DNA of 64,000 nt from Planctomycetota bacterium (GTDB taxonomy: Bacteria > Planctomycetota > UBA1135 > UBA2386): the NCBI GenBank assembly GCA_965228735.1, contig OZ245838.1:6720001-6784000 (forward strand). Direction: 5' to 3'. The notes beneath the pieces were generated by a model. The model worked only from the letters and a program-made list of their open reading frames with translations, was not told the origin of the DNA and did not search any database. Positions within the stretch are counted from its first letter, which is position 1. Each line of letters opens with the position of its first letter. Positions 48,826-58,794 of the stretch are shown piece after piece. The position numbers were made by a program, and so were the translations under genes.

Positions 48826-49545
48826 TCAGACTCCGAAGTGGGTTTGGAGGATGTCGCGGAGTTGGAAGAAGTCGGTGACTTCGTGGTTGGCCTTGGTTTG
48901 GCCTTCTTCCGTGCTGTAGCGGCCGCCGCGGCGGACTCGGACCGTGTGCCAGCCTTCGTTGTTGCAGGGGTCGATGTCGTGGGTGGGGTTGTCGCCGACG
49001 TAGAGGCAGCGGGCGGGCTCGAGCTTCATGTGTTCGAGCACGCGGCGGTAGAGCTTGGGGTTGGGCTTGCTGAAGCCGACCTGGTCCGTGAAGAAGATCG
49101 CGGAGGGGGTGAGGAACTCGAGGACCCCGAGGCGGACGACCTTCTCGGCCTGCTTGATCGTGATGCCGGCGGAGACGACACCGCGGACGAGCGGCTTGTC
49201 GGCGAGCCAGCGCAGGACCTCGTAGACGTCGTCCCAGACCTTGAGCTTGCTCCACTTGGTGTCGTGGTAGGCGCAGACGCCCGCGGCGACGATGACCGCG
49301 CGATTGTTGCCGTCCCAGGTCTCGTGGCCGAGGCGGTCGAGCACCTTGTCGAAGTGGCTGCCGTAGTTGCTCGAGAACTCGGCGATGACCTCCTGCAGCT
49401 CGCGCAGCGCCGCGTCGCGCTCGCAGCGCAGGCCCGCGCGTAGCATCGCGTCGATCGCGGCGCGACGGGCCTGATCGGCGAAGACCGACGTCGAGAACAG
49501 CGTGTCGTCGACGTCGAAGAAGATCGCGTCCAGGGCGGTGCTCAT
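48826..49545 (-). CDS. HAD-superfamily hydrolase, subfamily IA
   Basis: FFDVDDTL, SKPNP, YVGDNPTHD. Confidence 0.92.
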   Translation of the reverse strand: MSTALDAIFFDVDDTLFSTSVFADQARRAAIDAMLRAGLRCERDAALRELQEVIAEFSSNYGSHFDKVLDRLGHETWDGNNRAVIVAAGVCAYHDTKWSKLKVWDDVYEVLRWLADKPLVRGVVSAGITIKQAEKVVRLGVLEFLTPSAIFFTDQVGFSKPNPKLYRRVLEHMKLEPARCLYVGDNPTHDIDPCNNEGWHTVRVRRGGRYSTEEGQTKANHEVTDFFQLRDILQTHFGV

Positions 49546-49621
49546 GGGCGTGCTCAGCTCCTTCGCGTGTCCGGTCCGGCGCTGGCGCGCGGGAAACACG
49601 CCGCGGGGGTCCTGCCTACGC

Positions 49622-49655
49622 AAAAGGCCGCGCCGATCGTAACCGGCGCGGCCTT
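49622..49655 (-). terminator. Intrinsic terminator after the secretin-like gene
   Basis: Stem AAGGCCGCGCCG/CGGCGCGGCCTT ending in TTTT on the minus strand. Confidence 0.75.
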
Positions 49656-49698
49656 CGGGGGGAACGGCTGGGCCGTTCCAATGGGGGGGCTTGTGGTG

Positions 49699-52287
49699 TT
49701 ACCGCCCGACGCTGTTCACGACGTCCGTGATCTGCGCACGCACCATGACCATCAGGCTCTTGTTCTCGTCCACCGAGCCCTCCTGCTTGAACAGGAACGA
49801 GATCAGCGGCAGGCGCGCGAGCAGCGGGACCTCGGCGCGACGCTCCTTGGTCAGCACCTGGCGCAGACCGCCGAGCAGCACCGTGCCGCCGTCCGGCACC
49901 TTGGCAGTGGTCGAGAAGTTCGTGACCACGAGGTTCGGCAGCTGCAGCGTGACCGGCAGCGTCGAACCCGCGAGCGACGTGGTGAACGTCGGGATCGGGC
50001 GGGTCAGTTCGGCGACCGTCGGGTTGAGGTTGAGGATGATGTACTTCCGGTCCTGCTGGATGACCGGCTGCACGTCGAGCACGATGCCGTCCTGGATCAC
50101 GTCGACCTTCGGGTCGGCGATGAACGCCGCCTGCGCGACCTCGACGTCGAAGTCGCGGACGTAGGCCGTCTGGTTGATCACGGCGACATGGCCGCGCTCG
50201 CGGTTGAGCACCGAGAGGATCTGGCTGTTGACCATCTCGACGTCCTGCTGCTTCTCGACGGCGCGCAGGATCACGTTGAGCTGCAGGTCGTCGAGCAGCG
50301 TCCAGCCGGCCGTCAGACCGCCGGTCGGCGACAGCGCGCGGCTCAGGTCGTTGGCGAAGTAGTTCTCCGTGCGGCCGCGGATGTCACCGTCGCCGCCGTC
50401 GTTGAAGAACGCACCCGCGAGCGGGTTGGCCGCCGGATCGCCCGTGCCGCCGTTGTCGAGGCCGCGCGACGCGTTCGACTGCAGGCCGTTGGTCACGTCG
50501 TCGAGCGGCACGACCGTGCCCTTGTTGCCCGAGCCGCCGAGGCCGCGGATGTCGATGCCGACCTCGCTCAGGAAGTTACGCGAGATCGTCAGGAACTTGC
50601 TGTCGATCGTGACGATCGGCGTCGCGAAGCGGCGCATGTCGTTGAGCACCGTCTCGACCTGGGCCTGCATCTCCGGCGTCGCGGTGACCGCGAGGAAGCC
50701 CGAGTCCTCGGCGCGGATCTCGACGCCGTCACCGTCCCAGTAGATCGGGTCGGTCGCCTCGCGAACGTTGGTCACGAGGTCGGCGATCTCGATGTAGGAG
50801 ACCGGGTCCTCGCCCTCGCCACCCGTGCGCGGCACGTCGTCGAAGCCGTCCTCACCCGGGATGTCGCGGATCTTCGGCGGCAGGAACTGCGTGCGCTGGA
50901 AGACCAGGTCGCTGACCGGGTAGATCTCGGTCGTCAGCGTGCCGGCGGCCTGCGACTTGTCGCCGATCAGGATGACGCCGTTCTTGACCGTCCACGCCAG
51001 GTTCTCCGTGCGGTCGGTCATGTGGTTGAGGAAGTCGCGCAGCGTGACCGAGCCGACGAGCTCGATCGCGAGCACCATCGACTCGGTGTCGATGATGTCG
51101 CGCGCTTCCGGCGTCACGATGATCTGCAGCTGCGTGCGCAGGCTCAGATTGCGGATCACGTCGAGGTAGGCGCCCGTGTCCTCCGTGTAGGTCAGCTTGC
51201 CGACCTGCATCGTGTTGACCTGGTCCCAGACCGCCTGGTCCATCGGGTCCATGACGGCCGTCGTCGAACGGCGCGCCTTGCGGCCGTTGGCCCGCGCCCA
51301 GACCGCGAGGTCCATCTCGAGCACCGCCGTCTGCGGCACCTTGAGCTCCTCGTCCGCCTCCAGCATGCGGCGGATCGCCCGCGCGCGCTGCAGGTAGTAC
51401 TGCTGGTTGCTGTCCTCACGCGCGGCCTTGACCGCGGCGTTGTGCATCTCGGACGCGATCACGCTCGACGGATCGACGTCCTTCGCGCGCGTCGCGAGTT
51501 CTTGCGCGTAGGCGAAGCGCTGGTTCTCGAACGCCTTCTGCGCTTCGAGGATCAGCGCATCGTGCTGATCGCGGCGGCGCTTCTCGGCGGCCTCGTTCTC
51601 GGCGCGCAGACGCTCGGCGAGGCGGGCGCTCTCGGCCTCCTGGCTCGCCTTGACCTGCTCGTCGTAGAGCCCCTGCATCTCGTCCGTCTTGGCCGTGACG
51701 CGCTGCGGCAGATCCTGCCAGTCGACGAGGTCCTTGAGCTCGATGACCTGCGCCGCGATGCGCAGCTCCTCGAGCGCGCCGGCGTAGTCCATCGTGGCCG
51801 CGAGCTCGTCGGCCTTCTGCAGCTGCATCTCGACGTTGGTGCGCGCGCGGTCTTCGCCGATCTGGCGCAGACGCGTCTGCTCCTCGGCGAAGCTCACGAC
51901 CGTGCCGACCGGCTCACCGAGCTCGGCCTGCACGCTGATCAGCAGCTCGGCGATCTCGGTGTTGCCGGGCGCCATGCTCACCGCCTTCTGCAGCTCGCGC
52001 TTGGCCGCTTCGAGCTGGCCGCGCGTGCGCAGGGATTGCGCGTTGCTGACGTATCGCTCGACGAGCACCGCGCGGCGCTGCGCGTCGACGCCCTGCGGGT
52101 CCTGCGCCGCGCCACCGGCATTGCCGCTGTTGGCCATGCCGGGGTTGCCGCCCGTGTCGCCGCCAGGGTTGTTGGCCGCGGGGGTCGGGTCCGCCGGCTG
52201 CGGGTCGGCCGGCGACATGGAGCAGGAAGCGCCGAGCAGTGCGGCGATCAAAGAGACAGCGAGAAGGCGCGATTGTTCGAGGGCCAT
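49699..52287 (-). CDS. Secretin-like outer-membrane lipoprotein with TPR/coiled-coil N-terminus (paralog A)
   Basis: Lipobox LLGAS-C; N3-like LAVTATPEMQAQVETVL; C-domain DGIVLDVQPVI, VPDGGTVLLGG, VPLLARLPLISFLF. Confidence 0.85.
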   Translation of the reverse strand: MALEQSRLLAVSLIAALLGASCSMSPADPQPADPTPAANNPGGDTGGNPGMANSGNAGGAAQDPQGVDAQRRAVLVERYVSNAQSLRTRGQLEAAKRELQKAVSMAPGNTEIAELLISVQAELGEPVGTVVSFAEEQTRLRQIGEDRARTNVEMQLQKADELAATMDYAGALEELRIAAQVIELKDLVDWQDLPQRVTAKTDEMQGLYDEQVKASQEAESARLAERLRAENEAAEKRRRDQHDALILEAQKAFENQRFAYAQELATRAKDVDPSSVIASEMHNAAVKAAREDSNQQYYLQRARAIRRMLEADEELKVPQTAVLEMDLAVWARANGRKARRSTTAVMDPMDQAVWDQVNTMQVGKLTYTEDTGAYLDVIRNLSLRTQLQIIVTPEARDIIDTESMVLAIELVGSVTLRDFLNHMTDRTENLAWTVKNGVILIGDKSQAAGTLTTEIYPVSDLVFQRTQFLPPKIRDIPGEDGFDDVPRTGGEGEDPVSYIEIADLVTNVREATDPIYWDGDGVEIRAEDSGFLAVTATPEMQAQVETVLNDMRRFATPIVTIDSKFLTISRNFLSEVGIDIRGLGGSGNKGTVVPLDDVTNGLQSNASRGLDNGGTGDPAANPLAGAFFNDGGDGDIRGRTENYFANDLSRALSPTGGLTAGWTLLDDLQLNVILRAVEKQQDVEMVNSQILSVLNRERGHVAVINQTAYVRDFDVEVAQAAFIADPKVDVIQDGIVLDVQPVIQQDRKYIILNLNPTVAELTRPIPTFTTSLAGSTLPVTLQLPNLVVTNFSTTAKVPDGGTVLLGGLRQVLTKERRAEVPLLARLPLISFLFKQEGSVDENKSLMVMVRAQITDVVNSVGR

Positions 52288-52678
52288 CGGGTCACTCGGT
52301 GCGTGCAGAAGGGCTGAAGGAGCTGCGTCGTTGCAGCTCCCGTGCCCACGTGTCGAGAGGGGCTGAGTGCCGGCACGTGGACGGGACGAAACGACCGCTA
52401 GCTGGGGGCAGGCGGCCGGGAGGGACCGGAAACCTATCTACGGCCAGGGACCGGTGCCAGCGCTTTTTCAAGGTTGGAAGTCGTTGGCAAGGCCGGCGCT
52501 GGGGCCGATTTGCGGGGCGGCGCGGTTGCCCCGGGGCAGCGTTGCGCCGGAGCCCATGCGGCCCGGGTCGCGACGGGCGGCCCGGGTTCGCCGAGGTGTC
52601 GCCGGAGGGGGCTCTGGCGGGCCATGCGGCGCTCTCGGCCAGGGCCGCGCGAGCGCGGGCCCGGTCCTTTCGGCCCGC

Positions 52679-54244
52679 TCAGCGGCCCGTCAGCTCGTCG
52701 AGGATCGCGCGCGAGCGGGGGTGGGCCTCGCAGACTGTTCGGTCGCGTCGGTCGCGCGCGTGTGGGTCGGCGCCCGCGGCCAGCAGCACGCGGACGACGG
52801 GCCGCGGATCGACGCTGCGCCCGCACTGGAACGCGTGGAACAACGGCGACGCTCCCGTCTTCTCGTCGGGTCGGTCGACGTCGGCGCCGGCGTCGAGCAG
52901 CGCGGCGACCGTCGCCGCGAACCCGGCCTTCGCCGCGAAGTGCAGCGCGGCGCGGCGCCAGTACGGGTGCACGCGGTCGGGGTCGGCGCCGCAGTCCAGC
53001 AGCGCGCGCACGTACTCGGCGTCGTCCTTCTGCGCGTGGTTGCCGGTGCAGCTCTGCCACTGCCAGCTGCTCCACGGGTCGGATTCGTAGTTCACGTCCG
53101 CGCCGTGCTCCAGCAGCAGCGGCGCGAGATCGCCGTCGAGCACCCAGCGGCCGCAGCCGACGCGGGTCGCGTCGGCGCCGCGATCGAGGAGTTGCCGCAG
53201 CAGCTCGGGGTCGGGGGCCTCGGCCGCGTGCCGCACGAGTTCGTGGCTGCGTTCGCCGACCGTGGCGCCGCGGTCGAGCAGAAGCGTTGCGGTCATCGGC
53301 TGGTCGTGCAGGACGGCATGGTAGAGCGGCGTCAGTCCGAGGATGTCGTCAGCCGGGTCGGGCGTCTCGAGCAGTTCGGGGTGGGCGTCGAGCCAGCGCG
53401 ACACGCCGATCCGATCGCCGAGGGTCGCGGCCGTGAAGATGTCGTCGCGCGCGCCGAGCTCGAACAGCAGCTCGGCCGCCGCGGTCTTGCGCTGCCGCAG
53501 CGCGCCGCACAGCGGGGTCGCGAGCGGGCCGCTCCAGTCGATCGAGGTCGCGGCCGCCGGATCGGCACCCGCTTCGACGAGAACGGCGATCACCTCGACC
53601 CGACCGCGCGTCGCCGCGAGGTAGAGCAGGCTCGGGCTGCCCCACGCAGGTTCCAGCAGTTGCGGTCGTTCGGCGAGTGCAGTGCGGATCGCGGCGACGT
53701 CGCCCTTCTTCGCGGCCTTGACCGCCGCGTCGTGGACCGGGTCCTTGCCGCAGCGATGGCGGTCGGGGTCGGGCGGGCCCGTCGGGTCCTCGTCGTTGAC
53801 GAACGCGGTCGCGAGCGGCCGCAGGGTCGCGTGGATCTCGTCGCGCAGATCATTCGATACGCCGGCCATTCGCAGCGCGCGTTCGAAGTGGCCGAGCCAG
53901 CGCTGCGCGTCGCGCGGCGCGATCCGCGCGTGGCGGTGGCGCAGCCGCAGCCCGGCGCGCGCGCGGTGGCGCGAGTAGAGCGGTTCGCCGCCGAACCACT
54001 CCTCGAAGAACATCACCTGGTTCTGCCGTTCGAGCGCCTGGTCGCGCCGGAACATCGGGCGCAGCACCGGGTCGTCGTGGATGCCGTCGTAGAGGCCCTG
54101 CACGATCCGAGCCACGGTCTCGCGGCCGCCGAGCCGGTCGAACAGCGCCGGGTCGGGGCGGAGCCGGTCGACCTGCAGGTGCAGGCCGCCGCGGTGGGCG
54201 AGGGTGGGGTGGGGGGCGTCACCCGCGGGGTGGGGTGGCATCAT
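52679..54244 (-). CDS. Truncated haemoglobin (group II-like 2/2 globin) fused to ankyrin repeats
   Basis: LFDRLGG..LYDGI..DPVLRPMF..FGGEPLY..LRLRH..RWL; then ankyrin repeats LVEAGADP, TPLYHAV, ALHFAAKAG, LLDAGADVD. GAGG SD before ATG 54244. Confidence 0.85.
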   Translation of the reverse strand: MMPPHPAGDAPHPTLAHRGGLHLQVDRLRPDPALFDRLGGRETVARIVQGLYDGIHDDPVLRPMFRRDQALERQNQVMFFEEWFGGEPLYSRHRARAGLRLRHRHARIAPRDAQRWLGHFERALRMAGVSNDLRDEIHATLRPLATAFVNDEDPTGPPDPDRHRCGKDPVHDAAVKAAKKGDVAAIRTALAERPQLLEPAWGSPSLLYLAATRGRVEVIAVLVEAGADPAAATSIDWSGPLATPLCGALRQRKTAAAELLFELGARDDIFTAATLGDRIGVSRWLDAHPELLETPDPADDILGLTPLYHAVLHDQPMTATLLLDRGATVGERSHELVRHAAEAPDPELLRQLLDRGADATRVGCGRWVLDGDLAPLLLEHGADVNYESDPWSSWQWQSCTGNHAQKDDAEYVRALLDCGADPDRVHPYWRRAALHFAAKAGFAATVAALLDAGADVDRPDEKTGASPLFHAFQCGRSVDPRPVVRVLLAAGADPHARDRRDRTVCEAHPRSRAILDELTGR

Positions 54245-54251
54245 GGCCACC

Positions 54252-55240
54252 TCACGAGGGGCCGATCACCGCGGTCGCGGCATCGGACAGGGCGGCGCCC
54301 AGCGCGTTGCCGGCCTGTGGATCGAGCACGAGCGCCTGCAGGTGCAGGGTCCAGCCGACGAGGGTGGGCGTCGGCGGAATCGTGACGGCGATGTCGGCGT
54401 GTCCCGCCGTGCCCTGAACGAACAGCATCACCTCCGGCGCGACCCGAAGCGTGCAACCGGGCAGGCCGAATGCACTGAGCTCGAGCGGGAGCGGCCCGAG
54501 GCCCGAGGACGTCGCGTCGGTGCCGAGCGCGACGATTGCCGCCGCGAGGGGCAGGTTGTCGATGCGAACGACGGCCGTCGCGCCGAGGCGCGGCGGCGCG
54601 CTGGCGGTGAGCGTCGCGCGCGGCAGGCTGCCGGCGCACCCGGCGCCCAACGTCTCGAACGACCCCGGACCGAGGATCGCCGCGCCCTCAGGATGTGGAA
54701 CCCATTGGCCGCGACGGAGATCGCCGTGTACTGCACGCCGGCGGGCAACGTCGGCACGGGGGTCAGCCACGTCAGGTTGCCCCACAGCGTGATGCTCCCG
54801 TCACTGCGGAGGCCGGCGGAGAAGCCGGACCCGGCGGCGACTCCGGTGTAGGTCAGGCCGGGCGGCAGGGCCGGGACGTCGCACTGGTGCGAGTGGTTGT
54901 ACCCCCACGCGAGCGCGACGCCGTCGCTGCGGATCGCGAGCGTGTGCCGGTAGCCCGCGGCCACGGTCGTGTAGGTCTGACCGGGCGGCAGCGGCGGCAC
55001 GAGGCATTGGCCCTCGCGGTTTCGGCCCCAGGCCACGAGCGTGCCATCGGGTCGCAGGGCGGCGGTGTGGAACCCGCCGGCCGCGATCGCCGTGAAGCTC
55101 TCGTCGAGCCACGCGTCGTTCGTGACGGTCTCGCCCCACGTGGCGAGGGTCTGGGCGGCGAGCCCGGATGCGAGGCCAGTTGCGAGGCCGGCTGCGAGGC
55201 ACGGCGCAAGAACTGCGGCTGCGGGGGCCCGCATCAGCAT
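54252..55240 (-). pseudogene. Frameshifted secreted RCC1-repeat protein with shared C-terminal domain
   Basis: Signal plus RCC1 repeats (AAGGFHTAALRPDGTLVAWG, AAGYRHTLAIRSDG) in one frame to ~54690; C-terminal domain continues in another frame to 54252. Confidence 0.75.
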
Positions 55241-55393
55241 CCGCCAACCCGGGCGGCGCAGCGGTGAGTGACATCCCATGTCGGGACATCGTAGCCGATC
55301 GTGGTCACTCCGTACACGACTCGGCCCGCCGGGTCCTCGGGGACGCGGCGGGCCGGGTTGGTGCGGCCCCATCGGTCGGGGCGACTCGGGTCG

Positions 55394-55948
55394 CTACTTC
55401 TTGGCGCCGAGGCCGCCGCCGAAGTTGATCTCTTCGAACTCGGCCTCGTTGGCGGCGTCCGCCGTGCGGGCGACGCTCTCGTAGAACACGCCGGGGTGCG
55501 GCTCGATGACGACCGGCATGAGCTTGCGCGTGCCGGGGTTCTTCGGGTCCGGGACGCGGCTCGCCGGGTCACTCGAGATGCGCTTCAGCTCCTTGGCGAC
55601 GTCCTCGATGTCGTGGAGCGGCTTCGGGCCGACCATCCACTTCACCTTGTAGTTCTCCATGACGAAGCGATACGGGCGGTCGTTGTTGGGGTTGAGGTCG
55701 TTCGGCCCCATGCCGTTCGGATACTTGGGAGAGCCCTGCGATTCGACGTAGATGCCCACGGAGAGCTGCTCCATCGGCTCGACCTGCGTCGACTGGCTGC
55801 CCTTGTCCTTCGGCAGGTAGGCGGGGAGCTTGGCTTCGAGCACTTTGAACTCGATGCAGAGGAAGAAAATGATCATCAGGAAGACGCAGTCGATCATCGG
55901 CGTCATGTCCGCCTTGGCTTCTTCCTGTGCGTCGTCGATGGCACTCAT
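55394..55948 (-). CDS. exbD: ExbD/TolR family protein
   Basis: DMTPMIDCVFLMIIFFL with the conserved TM Asp. Confidence 0.88.
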   Translation of the reverse strand: MSAIDDAQEEAKADMTPMIDCVFLMIIFFLCIEFKVLEAKLPAYLPKDKGSQSTQVEPMEQLSVGIYVESQGSPKYPNGMGPNDLNPNNDRPYRFVMENYKVKWMVGPKPLHDIEDVAKELKRISSDPASRVPDPKNPGTRKLMPVVIEPHPGVFYESVARTADAANEAEFEEINFGGGLGAKK

Positions 55949-56491
55949 CTACTTGCCCTCCAGCAGACTCTTGTTCTTCTCTTTGGTTTCCTTGTCCTCT
56001 TCGGACAGGGCGAGCTCGACCTTCCAGAACGCGATGTGCGGCTGGCTGCACTGCTTCATGATCTCGCCGATGTAGTGCCACTCGGTCCACTTGTCGGCGC
56101 GGATCAGGATCGGGTCGTCGATCAGCTTGACCATCTTGCCGCCGATGTCCTCGTCGACGATCTTGAGCTTGCCGGTCAGTTCGCCCTCGCGGCGGATGTT
56201 CTCGAGCAGGATGCGGATCTTGGTGTAGTCCTTGCCGTCGACGAGCGCGTCGTAGATCACTTCGCCCTCGAAGATCACCGAGCCGTTCTGCAGCACGTTG
56301 ATGATCGGCCGGTTCTCGGGCGGCTGGTCATCGGGCTCCTGGAACTCCGCGCGCGGCAGGATCAGGTCCTCGAGGTTCTTCTGGCTCAGGTCGATGACCA
56401 ACACGAAGAAGATCATCAACAGGAACACGCAATCGATCATGGGCGTCATGTCCATGTCGAGCTGCTCCTGAGCGACTTTTTGCATGTCCAT
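55949..56491 (-). CDS. exbD: ExbD/TolR family protein
   Basis: DMTPMIDCVFLLMIFF, ILIRADK; AAGGAGG SD. Confidence 0.9.
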   Translation of the reverse strand: MDMQKVAQEQLDMDMTPMIDCVFLLMIFFVLVIDLSQKNLEDLILPRAEFQEPDDQPPENRPIINVLQNGSVIFEGEVIYDALVDGKDYTKIRILLENIRREGELTGKLKIVDEDIGGKMVKLIDDPILIRADKWTEWHYIGEIMKQCSQPHIAFWKVELALSEEDKETKEKNKSLLEGK

Positions 56492-56603
56492 TGGTTCGCC
56501 TCCTTTGGCGGTAGGACTTCAGTAGGAGTTGGGAACGCGGACCGACGCCCGATGGTTCAACCCGCTGGCGCGCGGGTCGACTGCCGGGCGTCGATGCTGG
56601 CTC

Positions 56604-57332
56604 CTACTTGCGGAACCGCTCGAACAGGTCTTCCGTGACCGCGTTGATCTCGGTCGACGTGCGGATGACGCGGTTGCGCAGCGTGAAGAACGCGACGCCG
56701 ACCGGGATGGCGACCGTCAGACCGAACATGGTCGTGATGAGCGCCATCTTGATGCCGCCCGCGAGCTGTGCCGGCGACACCGAGCCGCCCGCGTCGGCGA
56801 TCTTGCCGAACGTGACGAACATGCCCGACACCGTGCCGAACAGACCCATCATCGGCGCGATGGCCGAGATCAGCGACAGCCAGCCGATCTTCTGGAACAG
56901 CTTGACCGACTCCTCGGTCTGCATTTCACGAACCGACGTCTGGATCGTCTCGTGCGGGTGGCCGAGCTTGGCCAGGCCGGCGCCGACGACGTTCGTCAGG
57001 TAGTTCTTCTCCTGCTCGCAGAGCTCGACGGCGTCCTGGAAGCTCTCGCCGTCGAACAGCGCTTCGAGCTCGTCGATCAGGTCCGGCGGCGCGAGCTTGT
57101 CGCGCTTGATCGTCATGAAGTTCTCGATGATCAGCGCGACGGCGACGATCGAGAGGACGATGATGAGGTAGCCGATCGGGCCGGCGTTGTCCCACTTGAA
57201 GACCTCGATGATCGGGCTCGAGGACTTGCTGCCCTCACCGCCTTCGGCTTCCTGGGCAAGCAGCGAGGTTGCCAGGACGAGCGGCGTGCCGACGGCAAGG
57301 AGACGAACGAAGGGCACTTGGTTCAGGATCAT
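56604..57332 (-). CDS. exbB: MotA/TolQ/ExbB proton channel protein
   Basis: IAPMMGLFGTVSGM..F, LAGGIKMALITTMFGLTVAIP; N-terminal signal-like segment. Confidence 0.92.
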   Translation of the reverse strand: MILNQVPFVRLLAVGTPLVLATSLLAQEAEGGEGSKSSSPIIEVFKWDNAGPIGYLIIVLSIVAVALIIENFMTIKRDKLAPPDLIDELEALFDGESFQDAVELCEQEKNYLTNVVGAGLAKLGHPHETIQTSVREMQTEESVKLFQKIGWLSLISAIAPMMGLFGTVSGMFVTFGKIADAGGSVSPAQLAGGIKMALITTMFGLTVAIPVGVAFFTLRNRVIRTSTEINAVTEDLFERFRK

Positions 57333-57604
57333 GGTGACGCGATGGCTGCGTTCCGTTCACGCAGCAGTTCAGTTAGGGGAGAGGGGGATACGAACAGCGA
57401 GCCACCGGCGATCGGTCGGCCTGGGTTGGACCGGCGAGGGGCTGGACGCCGAGAGGCAAGAAGGGGGACACCCGAAAGGGGGGCCAGAGTTTGCGGCAGA
57501 AGGCCGGACTGGGGAAGTCCCTAGGGCAGAAACCTGGGGACGGAAAACGGGGTGGTGGCGCCGCGGGCGGCGCCACCCGATGGGGTGCGGACAGCCGCTC
57601 GGCG

Positions 57605-58777
57605 CTACTGCTCCAGGGCCGCTTTGGCCCTGCTGGCCCATTCGGTCCTGGGGTAGTGCTGGACGACCCGGCGGAAGTAGGCTTGCGCGCGCGCCTTGAA
57701 CTCGTCGCCCTCGCGCGCTTGCCCGAGCTCGAGCTGGCAGCGGCCGAGGAAGTAGTTCGCGCGGGCGCTGGTGTCGCCACCGAGCGAGTCCATGACCGCG
57801 GCGCGGGCGAGCGCGAGCTGGGCCTTGCGCAGCATGGCCGGCTCCTTGTTGCCGCCCATCGCCTTGAGGAAGACCGCCTGGCCCTCACCGGCCCACGCGG
57901 CCGCGGCGAGACCCATGTCCTTGCTCTGCGTCAGGCCGTGGAAGAACGACTCGGCCCGCTGGAAGTTCTCGTCGGTGAGGAAGGTCTCGCCCTCGCCGAT
58001 CTTGCTGAGCACCTGCAGTTGCTTCAGTTCTTCCTCGTCGCCGGGCGAGTTCTGCATCGCGCTCTCGGCGGCCGAGTGGGCCGTCTGGAACTGCGTGCGG
58101 GCTTCGCCGGTCTTGTTGTTGGACGCGAGCGTCAGGCCGAGCTCGTACTTGGCACGGGCACTCCACACCGACCCGAACGCTTCGGCGATGGCGCGATCAT
58201 CGAGGGTCTTGAGCACCGTCGCGGCGTCGTCGCCCTTCTGCGCGAGCCGCAGCGCGCGGCCCGCGAGCAGCAGCGCTTCGGGAACGCGCCAATGGTCGTT
58301 GTTGGCCGTGACCCACGCCTGCGCGCGCTCGGCGGCCGTGGCTGCCGCGCTCGCGTCCGTGATCGCGGCGACCGCCGCCTTGATCTGGAAGAACTCGCAG
58401 TCGGTCACGACGAGCGGGCGCTTCGCCGCGCTGGCCGCTTCGCCGAACATCTGCGTCGCGGTGTCGAAGTCGCCGCGCTCGAGCGCGGCGCGGCCGATGA
58501 TGAACGGCTCGGGCAGGTTGCCCCACTCGACGCTCGCGACCGTGCGGCCGGGGATCTCGACCTCTTCGCCACCCTTCTTGGTGGCCTTGACCGTCTCGCG
58601 CTTGAACTCGGTGATCTCGATGCCGCGCATCGTCGCGCCGTTCTTGCGCACGAGGACGTCGCTCTGCGCGGGCGCCGGCGTCACGAACACAGTGGCCGCG
58701 ATGGTGGCGGTCAGGAGGAGCTTCCTGGCAAGGACAGGCTTCCCGGCGAGGGGCTTCATGGTGTTGTCGGTTTGCAT
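57605..58777 (-). CDS. Exported TPR protein
   Basis: Signal ending APA-Q; TPR-like ALLLAG, AKYELG, ANYFLG; CpoB-like ending VVQHYPRTEWA. Confidence 0.8.
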   Translation of the reverse strand: MQTDNTMKPLAGKPVLARKLLLTATIAATVFVTPAPAQSDVLVRKNGATMRGIEITEFKRETVKATKKGGEEVEIPGRTVASVEWGNLPEPFIIGRAALERGDFDTATQMFGEAASAAKRPLVVTDCEFFQIKAAVAAITDASAAATAAERAQAWVTANNDHWRVPEALLLAGRALRLAQKGDDAATVLKTLDDRAIAEAFGSVWSARAKYELGLTLASNNKTGEARTQFQTAHSAAESAMQNSPGDEEELKQLQVLSKIGEGETFLTDENFQRAESFFHGLTQSKDMGLAAAAWAGEGQAVFLKAMGGNKEPAMLRKAQLALARAAVMDSLGGDTSARANYFLGRCQLELGQAREGDEFKARAQAYFRRVVQHYPRTEWASRAKAALEQ

Positions 58778-58794
58778 CGTTCGGGTGCTCCGGA

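Noticed and set aside
55266..55310. GATGTCAC-like motif also seen at ~33446 and ~48739
   Set aside because: Too short and variable to separate from chance without a genome-wide count.
57333..57604. Possible riboswitch in the long leader upstream of exbB
   Set aside because: Strand-skewed composition, but no recognisable cobalamin, TPP or c-di-GMP consensus; an Rfam scan is needed.
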